From Octopus vulgaris (Eukaryota), in the NCBI GenBank assembly GCA_951406725.2, contig OX597820.1, forward strand, positions 82,894,001 through 82,958,000: 64,000 nucleotides of DNA. Reading direction: 5' to 3'. Numbering within the stretch: position 1 is the stretch's first letter; each line of letters starts with the position of its first letter. Below the pieces are notes generated by a model. That model searched no databases. It worked only from the letters and a program-made list of their open reading frames with translations, and was not told the DNA's origin. This document shows, one piece after another, positions 1-13,769 of this stretch. The translations under genes and the position numbers were made by a program.

Positions 1-2
1 GT

Positions 3-43
<41 letters not shown>

Positions 44-606
44 CACTTATATTGCGTCTGCTTATATTTGTGTACGCATTTATTAATATTGTGTTCTCTA
101 TATTTATACTTCTTTTCCGAATTGCATTGTATGTAGTCATGACACTTAGCGATAATAATTTTGGGCTGCTTCTAATCCATCAGTTATCAACCATATGGTG
201 CGAAACTGAGTAATACTGTCTGGTTGAAAGCTAATGAAGAATTAGGGAACATCTCGGTCTGACTTCCGTTCGGTTGTACACTCAGTATACGTTGTATGTT
301 TTTTTTACCCCGTCGTTGTTTATTTACAAAACATTTTTTATTTATTAAGTAACGTGACACATGGTACCCGGCTTTTATTAGCAGTGATATTTATATATGT
401 AGATGTGTACTTTTATGTAAATATACATACTTATATGCATATATAGACATATAGATACATATATATATACACACAGAGACATGTATATACATATATAGGG
501 AGAATTCACAAAGAAAAAAAAAACAAAAGACGAAGACGAGTGGGGTAGACAACAAACAGATGTTTTAGTTTAACGCTCGGGAAATATATACATGTACATA
601 TATAAA

Positions 607-2235
607 CAGTTGCGGCCAAAATGTTCAGAACGACATTGTTTTCGTCAGAAAAGTAGATATAATTTTTTATCAAAGTTGTTTTATTTTCTATAATTTTTAC
701 AGACAATAAGTACGACATTATTCGTTATTGCCTGAGATTTTGGTGTAATTTGAGAGGATAATACAAAAGTTATGGATGATTTAGTGATTTACTGCAAAAT
801 CTATGGCGGCCAAAATAATCAGAACAGTTGCTTTTCCTCCGTGTTTTAGTATATTTAACCGGCGAACTCTAATGTTTTGAATTTGTTTACGTGACGGTTC
901 GTTTACTAAACATTAGTAAGAATATTTGCAGTGAACTTTGTTAATATAATGCCACTTATTCCGTTACCAATTCGTCAGCAGATTATTAAGCTTCGAAGGA
1001 AGGATAATTTAAGTATTGGATCTATTGCAAAGATTGTTAACAAGTCAAAAAGTGTTGTACACGGTACTCTTAAGGTCTACGATGATTGTGGCTCGTGTGA
1101 AGCAAGAAAGTTTACAGGTAGGCCAAGAAAAACGACAAGGAGAGAAGATCGTGCTATGGTAAAGTTAGTTAAAAAGGACAGATTTAAAACTGCTGCTGCT
1201 GTTTCTCGGGAAATGAGCATTGTATTGAAGAAAACTTTATCTCGAAAAACTGTATCTCGTCCTTTAGTTGAACATGACCTACAAGCAAGAGCACCTGCAG
1301 TGAAGCCACTGATCAACTCCAAGAATAAAAAGTGTCGTCTTACCTTTGCAACCGAACATGTGTTGTGGTCTCAAGAAAAATGGCAAACGGAGCATTTCAG
1401 TGATGAATCTAAGTTTATACTATTTGGCTCAGATGGGAAACGGTACGTTCGTAGAAAAGTAGGTGAAAAATTGTTGCCTAAATGCCTTAAGACTAGTGTT
1501 AAATTCGGTGGATGAAGTGTCATGGTTTGGGGAATGATATCTGGAGATGGTGTGGGCCTTTTGGTGCGATTACATGGAAAGTTAAATTCAGGAGTTTATA
1601 AACAACTTGTAAAAGATCATGTCTTGCCTGTGCTGAGAAATTCAACTAAGCGACCACCGATATTCATGCAGGACAATGCCCCATGTCACATGGCTAAGGT
1701 GGTCATGAACTTCCTCAAGGCTGAAAAGGTTATTGTTATGGATTGGCCAGCTCAAAGCCCAGATCTCAATCCTATTGAAAATGTGTGGAATAATCGAGGA
1801 GAACGTTCGAAAGCCAGAAATCCTAAAACAACTGAGCAATTATGGAATGCCCTTCAGGAAGTATGGAATAAGATCACCCAGCAAGAAATTGAAAATTTAA
1901 TTTCCTCATGCAGTCGAAGATATCAGAGTGTGATTGAAGCTAAAGGGCTTCACACTAAATATTAAATAATTCCAGTATTCTCTGTCATTTTTGATTATTT
2001 TGTTATATTTTCAACCGTTCTGATTATTTTGGCCGCCATTGGTTTTGCAGTTAATCACTAAATCATCCACAACTTTTGTATTATCCTCTCAAATTACACC
2101 AAAATCTTCGAAAATAACAAATCATATTGTATTTATTGTCTGTAAAAGTTATAGAATATAAAACTACTTTGATAAAAACTTATACTTACTTTTCTGACGA
2201 AAACAATGCCGTTTTGAACATTTTGGCCGCAACTG
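607..2235 (+). mobile_element. Tc1-family DNA transposon (IR-DR type), full length
   Basis: ~224-bp TIRs at 607-830 and 2012-2235 starting CAGTTGCGGCCAAAA. Each TIR has outer and inner direct repeats (GCGGCCAAAATGTTCAGAAC / GCGGCCAAAATAATCAGAAC). TA follows the right end; the left flank reads AA. Confidence 0.95.
949..1965 (+). pseudogene. Tc1 DD34E transposase with one in-frame stop
   Basis: HTH region and GRPRK motif, then FSDESK, QDNAPCH and SPDLNPIEN, with 34 residues between the second D and E. ORFs 931-1515 and 1522-1965 are in the same frame, separated by TGA at 1513-1515 (KFGG*SVMVWG). Confidence 0.95.
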
Positions 2236-4213
2236 TACATATACATACATATATATATATATATATACATACACACACAGACACTTGTACATACATATAC
2301 ACATGTATATATATATATATATGTATGTGTGTGTATGTGTCTGTGTGTGACACTCAGTGTTTTACTTTCCCTTCAACTTGACATCGGACAATGGTAGTAT
2401 AAGGTGACACTCTTTTTCTGCATTTCCAATCTGTCATATAAACACTTGAACTATTTCTCGAATATAGGCGAGAGTTGGCGACAGGAAGAGCATCCAGCCG
2501 TAAAAAAATCTTATCCTTGGGCGAATGGAAGAGTGGATGTTTTATATATATTGTTGCTATTATGTTAAACTGTCGTATGTCCAAATTTGGCCAAATGCGT
2601 TCTTTTCAATATTCATTTTTGCTTCGCATAGTCGGTTCTTTTGCTCAAACTATCATATCTCCATGAGAGTTAGATGCCAATATATCAAAAATCATCAAAG
2701 TGTTGTACAACAGTTTTACTATGGAATGGGGAAACTACGTTCTCGTTATCTTAAAAACCAACATTTTGATCTTAAGACACTTTTGCACAATATCAACGGT
2801 ACATACACGCACGCATTATGTGGACAATATCTTTTAACCAAAACACTAAACTCTATCGGATTCTTCAAGTGCGTCGTGGGTGTACATATATTTACTTGAT
2901 TGTTGATATTTAGCTATATATTCTTTCATTCTTTACGTATGCCATCATCTATCATTGATGAAACTTTCGGCATTTTTGACCACACCTCTATACTAGTATA
3001 TATCTATATCTATCTGTGTGTGTGTGTGTGCGTGTGTGTATGTGTGTGTATATGTATGTGTGTAATCAATATGTCTTATGAACATCAAACCAATGAATAA
3101 AATCTAAATGAAGGACTCAGTGCAGGGGTGGAATAAAAACAATAATGAACATTTTTGTGCACGAATGTATTAAGTGTGTGCATGTGTATGTATGTACGTA
3201 TATGGGTTTGTGTGTGCGCGTGTGCATGTGTGTGGTGGATAATATTGACCACTTGGGAACATTACAATCAATAATTTGAGGTTTTTCATAGAAAATTTAT
3301 ATTTACAATATCACCATTTTTCTCAGATTTACCAAACTCTATCTGAATTCCTCTCTGACTGTATTTACGATTTTATATACCGTACATACCGTAGGTTTGT
3401 GAAAACAAGTGTAAGTGTATGTGTATCTATATCAGGTAGTAACTGAAGTTGGTATCCGTAGCCGTGTTTTGACTTAAACGATAAAGCTTGTTTGTTGTCT
3501 TAATCATCTTTTGATCTTCGTGTTACGAAGATCAATTTATTGTTCGTCAGAAGTCTCTGATTGCTCAGTCGATATCAATGATTGATATTCACACTGAAAT
3601 GGCTGTGAAAATTGGAAGAAAAATGTAGCTGTGAGTTATCGTTTGAGAATTTAACTGACAAATGAGATTCAGAACAAAAGGAAAATAGCGGAAAACATCT
3701 GAAGATGGTCACCTCTGACAGATATTGACTTTATTTTGACAGAGCTAAAGTTCGTATTTCTCAAATCCCTTAAATTTTTTAATTCTTCATTTTCACCTTC
3801 TGACATTATTTCTCTCTCTCCCTCTCTTTCTCTCTCGCTCTCTTCCTGTTTCAAGCTAGCTTTCTCGACTGCTGTTTCCGTTGTTCCTTCTGTCTATATT
3901 TGACATCTTTATCTGCTAAAGATTTTTCCACGATATTTCTCATTTATCATTTCTCATATATGATCGTTATAATTCTGTTAGATAGACTTTCATTACCTTC
4001 TGCCAATCTTACGTTTTCTCTCTTTCACCTTCTGTTTCAATAATTCACTTCATCCTTCTGCTCTTTTCTTTCTCTTTTACTAACGACTTCTTTTTCCTTA
4101 CAATATATGTCAAAACGGAATAAATTGCTAACTTGTAAGCGATTCATGTAATCGTAAGTTGAAACGGATTCAAAAATTGAAACGGATTCAGAAATAAATC
4201 CTCGGTGTTTCTA

Positions 4214-4338
<125 letters not shown>

Positions 4339-5006
4339 GCTGTGTGTCTGTGTGTCCGTGTGTCTGTGTGTGTCTGTGTGTCTATGTGTCTGTCTTTGTA
4401 TCTGTGTGTCTGTTTGTGTGTCTGTCTGTCCGTCTGTCTGTTTGTGTATATGTGTGTATCTGTCTGTCTGTCTGTCTGCATGTCTGTCATTCCGTCTGTG
4501 TATGCGTGTCTCTGTGCTTGTCTGTCTGTCTATGTATCTATGTATCTATTTAACTGTCTATCTGTATGTCTGTGTATGTGAGTCTTTCTCTTTCTATATC
4601 TATCTATTTATCTGTCTGTTTGTCTGTGTATGCGTGTCTCTGTGTCATTTAGTCTGTCTGTGTGTCTGTCTCTCTTTCTATATATCTATTCATTTATTTA
4701 ACCGCACACCAGTTATATTGCCTGTATATCCTTATTTTGCCCATTCCATCTTTCGTTCTTAATTATAGATTCATTTCACTACTGCCTCCGATTTCGCTTG
4801 ATTCTTCCAAGAAGAATTGGACAATATGCTCCATGTATATTACACACAAGGAAGGTTCTTGTAAGCAGTAATGTATTCGTACACATGCATGCACACACAC
4901 ACACACACACACACATACACATTCATATACACAATCACACGCGCGCGATCACACGCACTCAAACCACACCAGATTCATAAACACACTGTCACTATCAGCG
5001 TCTGGC

Positions 5007-5083
<77 letters not shown>

Positions 5084-5961
5084 ATTAAGACCTTGTCGAC
5101 ATCAAACTTTGCTTCTGTCGCTTGTATGCTGTCATCTGCTCCTGTTCAATTCACACCATTTGCTCTTCTAACAACCGATATGAAATATCCAGATATAATC
5201 TTTTGACAGTAAAAATATATCAAAAAATCAAAATGCATAAGAAATTTTTGTAATAGATTAACTTCGTACTTCGTCGCAGTTGTTTAAACCTGCAGCTTAT
5301 GTGTGGCTGGGTTCAAATCCAAAATGCATTAATTGCAGATTAATTATACTGCATTGCCCCGAGTAGGAAGAAAAATGCAAATTGTTCATTATGAAAAATG
5401 AGTTAGGAAGTGATATTCTGGAAACAGCCATTTGTAGTTTGAAGTAAAAAGCGGTAAAGACCATGAAAGTTGAATTAAACTCTAAACGGTTTAAAATAAA
5501 TTTTAAACCAGTGTTGAAGTTAACTTCGCCCGGCAAATGATGATAAGTATAACGAATTTCCAAAAGGTTTTATAAACTGGCAAAGGTTGTGGACTTTTAC
5601 GTTGCCTCTTTTGAAAACAGTCACGATATTATACAATGAATGATGGGCCAGCACACGACAAGTCAACGAAATACTGAACAAATCCACTACTGTCTTGGAG
5701 ATAAAACCTAGTCAATCTCCTTACAAATTTCGGCACACTGGCCATTGTAGTCACTATCAGCCAGCTTTGTGTGCATTCTAAAGTTCTTTATTACTGTATC
5801 ACCCATCCATTTGCAGTATCTGTCAGATAATATTTAAGCATTGTTTTTCATCATATCAATGCAGATAGACCCGGGAGAATAGAGGTATGAATAGTATATA
5901 TCAAATGGCAATGTGAAGCATATATAAATGACTATAACACAAACATATATACAAACATGCA

Positions 5962-6019
<58 letters not shown>

Positions 6020-6036
6020 GTGTGTGTGTGTGTCTA

Positions 6037-6750
6037 TTAGGTCATCCCATAAATAATGCGTTTTTTTTTTAATTCCATGAATTAAAAATTACTACCTGGA
6101 TTAACTTACTATAAAAGCAGGAAGTCATTTTACTTTGTTCTCTTCTTTGCTATCACGTCTCATGAATGAATCTTTTTGGGACCGAATAGAAACTGGTGAC
6201 GAGAAATGGATTTTCTATAAAAATGTCAAGCACCGAAGACAGTGGGTAGAGAAAGGAGAAAACCCGGCACCTCAGGTGAAGGAAGGTCTCGCCCACGTAA
6301 GGTGTGTTGTTATCCGTTTGGTGGGATATGAAAGGTTTAGTCCACTTTGAACTTTTAAACCCAAACCAAATTATTAGTAAAGAGATCTACTGCGAGCAGC
6401 TTGAGCGGCTTAAGTCAGTGCTAGAAAAAAAAAATGAACATCTTTGTTTTCAAGATGAAAGATGTCTTCCATCAGGATAATGCTTGACCACATGCAGCGA
6501 GGATGACATTCGAAAGGTTGGAGCAGTTTGAATAGGAAACGATGCACACCATATTCGCCGTATATTGCCTCACCATTTATTCCGCAGTTCTCAGAATCAT
6601 TTGGACAGAAAAATAGGAATTCTGTAGACGAGGTCAGAACAGTTCAAGAGGAATACGTTTTGGAAGAGAGGCCTTGCAAGTTTACCAGATAGATGGAAGA
6701 ACATTGTAGAAAATGAAGGAGAGTATGTTTTAGATTAAAAAATAACTTTT
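6037..6750 (+). mobile_element. Mariner (DD34D) remnant with N-terminal deletion
   Basis: TA followed by TIR TTAGGTCATCCCATAAAT. TGDEKWIFY and HQDNA*PH motifs with stops and frameshifts. Same family as 38695-39590. Confidence 0.85.
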
Positions 6751-6764
6751 CAATTCTTTTAATC

Positions 6765-6965
6765 TTTTATTTGTTTCAGTCGTTTCACTGTGGTCATGTA
6801 GGAGCATCGCCTTTTAGTCGTAGAAATCAACCCCAGTAGTTATCATTTGTAAGCCTGGTACTTATTCTATCGGTCGCTTTGGCCGAACCGCTAAATTACG
6901 GGGATGTAAACACAGTAATTTCGGTTGTCAAGCGATGGAGGCGAGGAACAAACACAGACACAAAG
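6765..6965 (-). mobile_element. SINE family A, 3' half
   Basis: Reverse complement of the 3' half of 44875-45275. Confidence 0.8.
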
Positions 6966-8194
6966 ATACACACATAAATACATACATATACCTTACTTGT
7001 ACTATAATTTATGGAACTGAAGTATTACAACAAACAAAAATGCAAATAGCTTTTCTTGGACAAATATAGTGTGACGTTGACAATATCAATTCAAAATTAT
7101 TAATCATTCTGCAAATTTTAATTTGTTGTCCCATGGTAAAAACTTCCTATAGACAATATTTCGGGTTTTACCAGTAGGGGCAAAACTGAAAAGATCGTTT
7201 TTGCTCCCCACTCTGGATGTCCCAACATATAACATGCTGTGTGAGAAACAGCCCTTTTCTAATTGCAAACCAACAACTTTCAAAGTCTGACTTTAGTACT
7301 TATTATCGGACATCGCAAAAGACAAACGTATTGGAAATTGAAGTCAGGTAAGCGAAACTTGCTGAGCTCCTTCACTCCCACTGAAAAAAAGCGATCTTCA
7401 ATTTCAATTAATGCAGATTTATATGTCATCACTGAATGCTATTTCCCCCCACAGAGAATCTTAATTGTCCTTGGTATTTGTAGTCTTCTGATAAATCGTT
7501 TTTATATTTTTGCCACAACTCTACTGGATTACTTACTTCACAATTCATGAGAAGAATTGCCAAAAGATATCTCAAAGAAATAGATGTGCGTGACACTGAA
7601 GCTTCAGCTATTGTTCTATCCTACTTATTGCCACCTTCTATGAAATTTAAGGCTAAACTGCTAAGTACGAGCAGTTTGACCACCACTCGTTCTTAGAAAG
7701 GAGAAGGAATTCGGTCCTCTTAATTGATGAAGATGCAGCCTCAAAAAGAAACATTCATAGCGACTCAGATGCACAGAGTAGACTCTTCCAATTGTCGAGT
7801 CAAATAATTTTATACTTGGATGATCCTCAACGTCGAATCCTCCTTTCTTATTGCAATATAAAGTAATAGATGTTATTACTGTTATATATAAACACACACA
7901 GGCACAGTCACACACACAGGCACACTCAGACACACACACACAACACACACACACACACAACCACACACACATGTAACTATGTGTATTGTTATATTACACG
8001 CACCGCATACCTGCAAAAGAGTACCCCACCGAATTTGTTTCATTATATGTTTGGGGAAAATAGGTAATCTCAAATGAAAAGTTGTACAAATATATTGAAG
8101 TGAGATAGGAAAATGGCAGCTGACCTCATAAATTCTGATATGGAATACGTGAAACAAAGGAAAAATGTTGGGGTGAAATCTAAGCTACGGTTTC

Positions 8195-8720
8195 TATTTT
8201 AGCCAGAGAGAAGGAAACTACGATGGTCCTCTGGAGGACATTCGTCCTCAGCCGCCTGGACTACAACTCTCAACTATGGTCACCCGACAGTGGAAAATTA
8301 ACAGAAGATCATCTCATTGCAACAGCTCAGCTACTGGGAAAGGCTGAAACAGCTAAGACTACTCTCTGGAGTGAAGCCGGGAGAGATATGCAGTAATATA
8401 CATCTATAAGATCCTCAGAGACATTGAGCCAAATTTTGGCAGTGAAAGCTACACAAATGCCTGAACGGTTCGCCACTGAGCAGTGCCAAAGATGTCAACA
8501 ATGCCGTCACGTTTCAGGACCAGTTACTGCAATTATCTCGGTTTCAAGGGCCCAAAGCTTTTTAATATTCTTCCAAAGAGTCTGAGAGACCTATACAAAG
8601 TGGATGTAGGTGTTTTCAAAACAAAACTGGATATCTTCCTGTAGAGAGCCCTAGAAGAACCTATCTCGCGGCAGGAGGCGCAAATGGACTCCCTTATTCA
8701 CAAAACGCCACATATCAGAG
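8195..8720 (+). mobile_element. CR1/L2-type LINE, 3' ORF2 fragment
   Basis: Degenerate translation VLWRTFVLSRLDYNSQLWSP and LSYWERLKQLRL, typical of the post-RT region of CR1-group LINEs. Confidence 0.75.
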
Positions 8721-8839
8721 GCTCTCAATAACAACAGTGTAGCAAATGGCGGTGTGTGTCCATCTCTTGAAAATTGGTGTTGGTGTCTTTGCGTCTCCAT
8801 AACTTTGCGGTTCGGCGAAAGAAATCCACTAAAATAAGT

Positions 8840-8920
8840 ACCACCACCACCACCACCACCACCACCACCACCACCACCACCACCACCACCACCACCACCA
8901 CCACAACAACAACAACAACA
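8840..8920. repeat. (CCA)n/(CAA)n microsatellite
   Basis: Direct reading. Confidence 0.95.
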
Positions 8921-10129
8921 AAAACAGCAACAATAATTAAGAATAAAAACATTGAGTATGTGCCTCTTGCACTTCATATTGGTATCAATCATTATTGAAT
9001 TGCTAAATAATACATTTTGTGTAGAAAATATCTTTAAATTTAATATTATTTATTGTTAATTACATTTCCATTTGTTTTGATCGAGCAACTTTCTGCCATT
9101 TCCACTCTTTCTACACTTTATTCATATCACTGTTGACGTAGTCAACATTTTCCTTCCTTTCTTCCTTTCACCTCTTCTTCCTCTTTCCTCCTCATTATCT
9201 TCTTCTTCCTCCCCCTCCTCCTCCTCCACTTTTTCGTCTCCTCCCTTTCTTCACAATACCTATTCCAATCGCGATAGACATCCACAGACACATATATGCA
9301 TATATACCTACGTAAGTATGTACATGAGAAATATTAGACGACGGATAGATAGATAAATACATACATACATACATGCATACATACATACATATATGCACAC
9401 ATCATACATACACACATACACACTTACATAAAACATACATACATAGATACATACATAAAAATAGATATATACCTATATGTTAATTAGTAATATGTTACTT
9501 TCATAATAATAAAATTATACGTCAATTTCCCTGATCGTAGCATCAAATATAAATCATTAATAATGTGTATATTTAATTTGTTTATGAAATGCCAGGAATC
9601 TACTCCACTTACGTTTTTGTTTGCAAGATTCCTGTGCTGAAATGTGTTTTCTTTTTGCATCTCCGGAGGATGACGCTCCGGAGATGTAAAAAAATAAATA
9701 TGTTTCAGCGATAAACGCAAGCATTCGTGTGGAAAGAAGGAGAAAACGAAAAAATAGAAGTGGACGTGGAATAGGAGGAGAAGAAGACAGTGGGGAAAGC
9801 AATATGGTGGAATATACAGTGTGTTCATGCTAAATTTTATTATATATTTTGTCTCCTTTTTACAGGAAGAGGTTGATGTATTGGTGAACATTTAACGGCG
9901 TGGAAGGCAAGAACGCAAAAGCTGTAGTTGAAAGGAAGTTAGCTGACATGCAGGATTGTAAGTCATTTGAAAAGAGTTACCTGAATCATGATGATTCGTG
10001 CCCTATCAGAACGTCATTATCATGACTGCCGCTCAATACTCTGTGAACACTAAAAATGATGTAAGACTTGACATAGAGAGCTGTAACGTTGTCTCTGAAA
10101 CTGTGGCCCGCAAGAAGGGACTTACTAGC

Positions 10130-11412
10130 CATTCTGCCTGCATCTCCACGCTGGTGTTTGTGAAACTCCTGGAGACTATGGTTACTGTCTGGCTTGAAAG
10201 AACTGCTTCTGGAAGGCCATATGTGTGGCAGCATGATTCGGGAAAGAGTCACTAGTGGTGGTTGGAGAATTACTGTCACTTAACAAGCCTTAATGTGAGG
10301 CCTTCTAATTCTTCCCGATTGTAATCCCATCGATTTCTTTGCGTAGAACTCGGTAGAGAAAGACACCAACCGCTCTGCCTGCAATACCAATTTGGCGCTG
10401 GTAGTCGAGATCAAGGGAGTGTTTGAAGATCTATCCGGACACACAGTGAGAAATTCATACGTAAGGTTCAAAAGCCGTCTTGAGGACTTAGTGGATGGTG
10501 AGGGCGGCTACATTGAGTAAACTATTATCTCCCAGCCATAATATCTTTATATAAAACTGGTTGTTTCTTTGTATTATTGCTTGTTTGTCCTTTTGTCTCG
10601 TATGTTCTCGAAAATCAGTTGACCAGTTATGCTCAAACTTTCCATCGAACATGGGGTGGGGTGTGAAATTTTGGCCCCTCAAATAGAATTGAAAAATGCT
10701 AAGGACAAACATTAATTTTTTCATAGGCTCAATGGTAATGTGAAAAAGGAACTTGGGCCCTGCTCATGGAATAATGGAGGGGGGCAAATATTTGTTCCCA
10801 TAAATAAAATCGACAAAAACTTTAATACTTCTGTAAGTTTAATGATTTTGTGAAAAATAGTTTAATGTCAAGTTCCTTAGACTTGGAGACATGGGGAAAA
10901 TGTTGTCCAGTGATTTAAATTTGGAAAAAATGATAAATTCAGCTTTCCTTATTATGCTGAAAATGAATAAAATAGTGATTTCCAAATGTATTCATTTCAA
11001 GTATTTCGTTAATACCTACTGTTTTACCAGTACAATTTGAAACAATACAATTCCGAATTTCAGTAAGTTTCCTTATGTCCACCAAGAAATACCATGGACA
11101 GTACTATCCCTAAGTAGCTTGCATCTTTCCTAGTCTGTTGTATGTTGGATGCTCATGTGTTCAAAATTTTTTTCATTTATACTCTGTTGATCTCACAAAA
11201 CTTATGCTATCAATATAGAATCATCGATAACAATAAGTATGAAGAAAGTTTAGAATAAAATTCATTTTTTTAAAAACCCAAGCAAAACCGGGTACTTCTG
11301 TTAGTCTAGCTGACATTTTTTTTATTTCATAAAATGCTTTTAATTTTGGATGGGATATTGCGCTTTCTTTTCCTCTTATTCAAACTGTCAAATTTAGCCC
11401 AAACACATTGTA
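10130..11412 (+). mobile_element. maT/DD37D-like Tc1-mariner 3' remnant, interrupted by a Helitron-type element
   Basis: GRPYVWQHDS, SNSSRL/PDCNP-like and EKDTNRSACNT segments, then EGGYIE* at ~10520. The 3' end resumes after 11304 and ends ...AAACACATTGTA. Confidence 0.65.
10544..11304 (+). mobile_element. Non-autonomous Helitron-type element
   Basis: Starts A|TC. Ends with a GC hairpin remnant CCCAAGCAAAACCGGG and TTAG|T (consensus CTAG). Same terminal architecture as 34588-34984. Confidence 0.65.
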
Positions 11413-11756
11413 TGCACGAACAAATATACATAATATATATTGAATATATATTGAATATATTGTTGCGTCTCGGGGAATACAAACTAAGAGACAGAGAGGC
11501 AGACCTAACGCAGAAGTGGAACAGAGAGGGCATGTTATGGCTGTGATCTCGAAAGGTGACAAAACAGCTTTGACAAATCCAGCTTGTTAATTGATTAACT
11601 GAAAGATTAAACAAGTAAGCAAGTAATCAATTATTTAATTCTTTTAAATAGGTAATCAATTGAAAAACAAAGGAGCATAATAAACTTGTGCGTGTCTTTA
11701 GTATTAGAATAATGACCCTCTTTTGAGTAGATAATACGTTTAGATTATTTATGGAG

Positions 11757-11791
<35 letters not shown>

Positions 11792-11916
11792 TAAATAGTT
11801 ACCATGAATTATCCATGTTAACGGTAAACAAAGGATAATTCATTCATATCCATTTATATATATATATATATATATATATGACTTCAAAATTTGATACTGA
11901 TTAGAAGATCGAAAAT

Positions 11917-11960
11917 CCACCTGAAGATTGTCGGTAGCAGACATGAAACATTTGTAGTGG
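11917..11960 (+). ncRNA. Type I hammerhead ribozyme (minimal)
   Basis: CCAC-CTGAAGA-T-TGTC...GACA-T-GAAA-CATTTG-TA-GTGG. Helix I CCAC/GTGG, core intact. Lies in a ~250-bp element flanked by (TA)n. Confidence 0.75.
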
Positions 11961-12129
11961 CGGTTTATTTAATTTATATTAAAATTTTATGTATTGATTA
12001 AGTCTTTCCTTGTTTGGTTTTAAAATAGTGGTTTTGTCTCGAATTATATTATATAATATTTTACTATAAAATTGGATTTAACCCTAAATCTGATTTTTCC
12101 CTGTAATTTTGGATTCATTCCCTAATATT

Positions 12130-12244
<115 letters not shown>

Positions 12245-13673
12245 CCCCCCCCCAAAAAAAAAACATTGCAATAATGTACGTAGAATACAACGTCTACATG
12301 TGTTATCTTCTCATACTGTAACGGAATTCATATCCCTTACTTTCCGAAGCAATATACTCTTCTAGGAAAACGTCCTCCCACTCACAAGTTCCATTTTGAC
12401 AGTTACTCTCTGCAGCTGGTATTTCAAGTAAACACTTATAAATCATTTCTACGCAGTTTCGTGTTAGGTATTATTTAGCGTTTGTAATTCCTTAAAATCT
12501 CAGTCTTATCAGTTTCCTGCAGCAGCTGCAAATGTCTTTGTTTCAGTTAATCTGTCATCAAGAGTGTGCCATTATTTATCCAAAAAGGAAAAAAGTGGCA
12601 GAAATTCACAACTACGGTATTTCGGTTTCTGTTTCAATAATTTAGGAAAAGTCTTCTACCATAGCCTCACGCCAATGAATGTTTTACAAGTGGAGTTTTT
12701 GAAGCGGAAAGTATTTAGAAGCTCATCAACGGGGTTATTTTGGTATTCAGAGAAAACATTTCGTCGGTCACTTGGTTTACACCTATACTGGCTCAACATG
12801 TGGTTTTCGTAGCGCACACAGTGTTGCAAGTTTTTGGGCCAGGTTTCCGGTCAAAAAAGAACTTTCACCTTCCTTCCACTACTTTTGGAGTTCATTTAAA
12901 AAGACATGGCTGCTGCCCTTCCAGCTCAGACTATGCTGTAAATAATGAAGATATATTTTGTCAATTCATAACATATTCAAATTTTCTTTACGAAATCGAT
13001 TTTTATGATGTTTCATTTTTGGTGCTCGTTAATTACTTCATTGTATCGATGAATTGTTTTCGTTATAGTTCTATTGTGTTGTAGGTATTTTTCCATCTAT
13101 AGTGCAGCAAAAAATACTTCAATTACTTGTTTAAATATAGTTTATATATTTGTTCTAAATTCGTTTTTAATAGAACTCATTCAATTTTCAATGAACATTG
13201 AAGTTTTTAAATAGTCTATAAATATTCTGATCCGTTGTCATTTTTCTTGACATAGGTTGTTTTAAATAATCTCTGATTACTAGGATGTCTTTAACAATAT
13301 TTCTGCATATTGTTAATTTCTTTGTTTTGTCTTTCCACTTATCTGCTGGTTTTAGATTTCTGTTAATATTAACAAATCCCTTTTCTTTTCCTGGAGCTAT
13401 TTCTATATCGTTATTTTCCATCTATTCCTCAGTGTTCCTTATTTACTACTTCTTACATTTTTCTTTATATATTGTAATATTTATTGCTAAATATATGTGA
13501 TTTTCATAGCATATATTAAATTATTGTTTCATTTGTAGAGGATTTTACATAATATATAAATTCATATATTCATATTTTTATTGCCCATGATTTCGTTTAT
13601 GTATACTAGTCTCAGTATGTGTGTCAGTATGTATGTGTGTGTGCGCGGTCTCATGTGTGTATGCATGTGTGCA

Positions 13674-13705
<32 letters not shown>

Positions 13706-13769
13706 AATATATATATATGTATAAATATATATAATGAAGAAATAAATGATATAGATATCCACTTTATAC

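Noticed and set aside
195-245. GAAA-CTGAG-TA and a downstream CTAATGA
   Set aside because: The halves are in the wrong arrangement with no matching helices. At best a fragment.
1513-1515. TGA readthrough in the Tc1 transposase
   Set aside because: A single GGA>TGA substitution at a conserved Gly is the simpler explanation.
2189-2230. CTGACGA-AAAC...GTTT-TGAAC hammerhead-like string
   Set aside because: Lies inside the Tc1 TIR, has GAAC rather than GAAA, and lacks helices I and III.
12320-12960. Possible transposase or exon remnants (also 3660-4110, 5250-5880, 7250-7850, 32500-34190, 35500-36100)
   Set aside because: Stops in all frames and only faint motif resemblance (hAT, piggyBac, Helitron). 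Cannot be assigned without a search.
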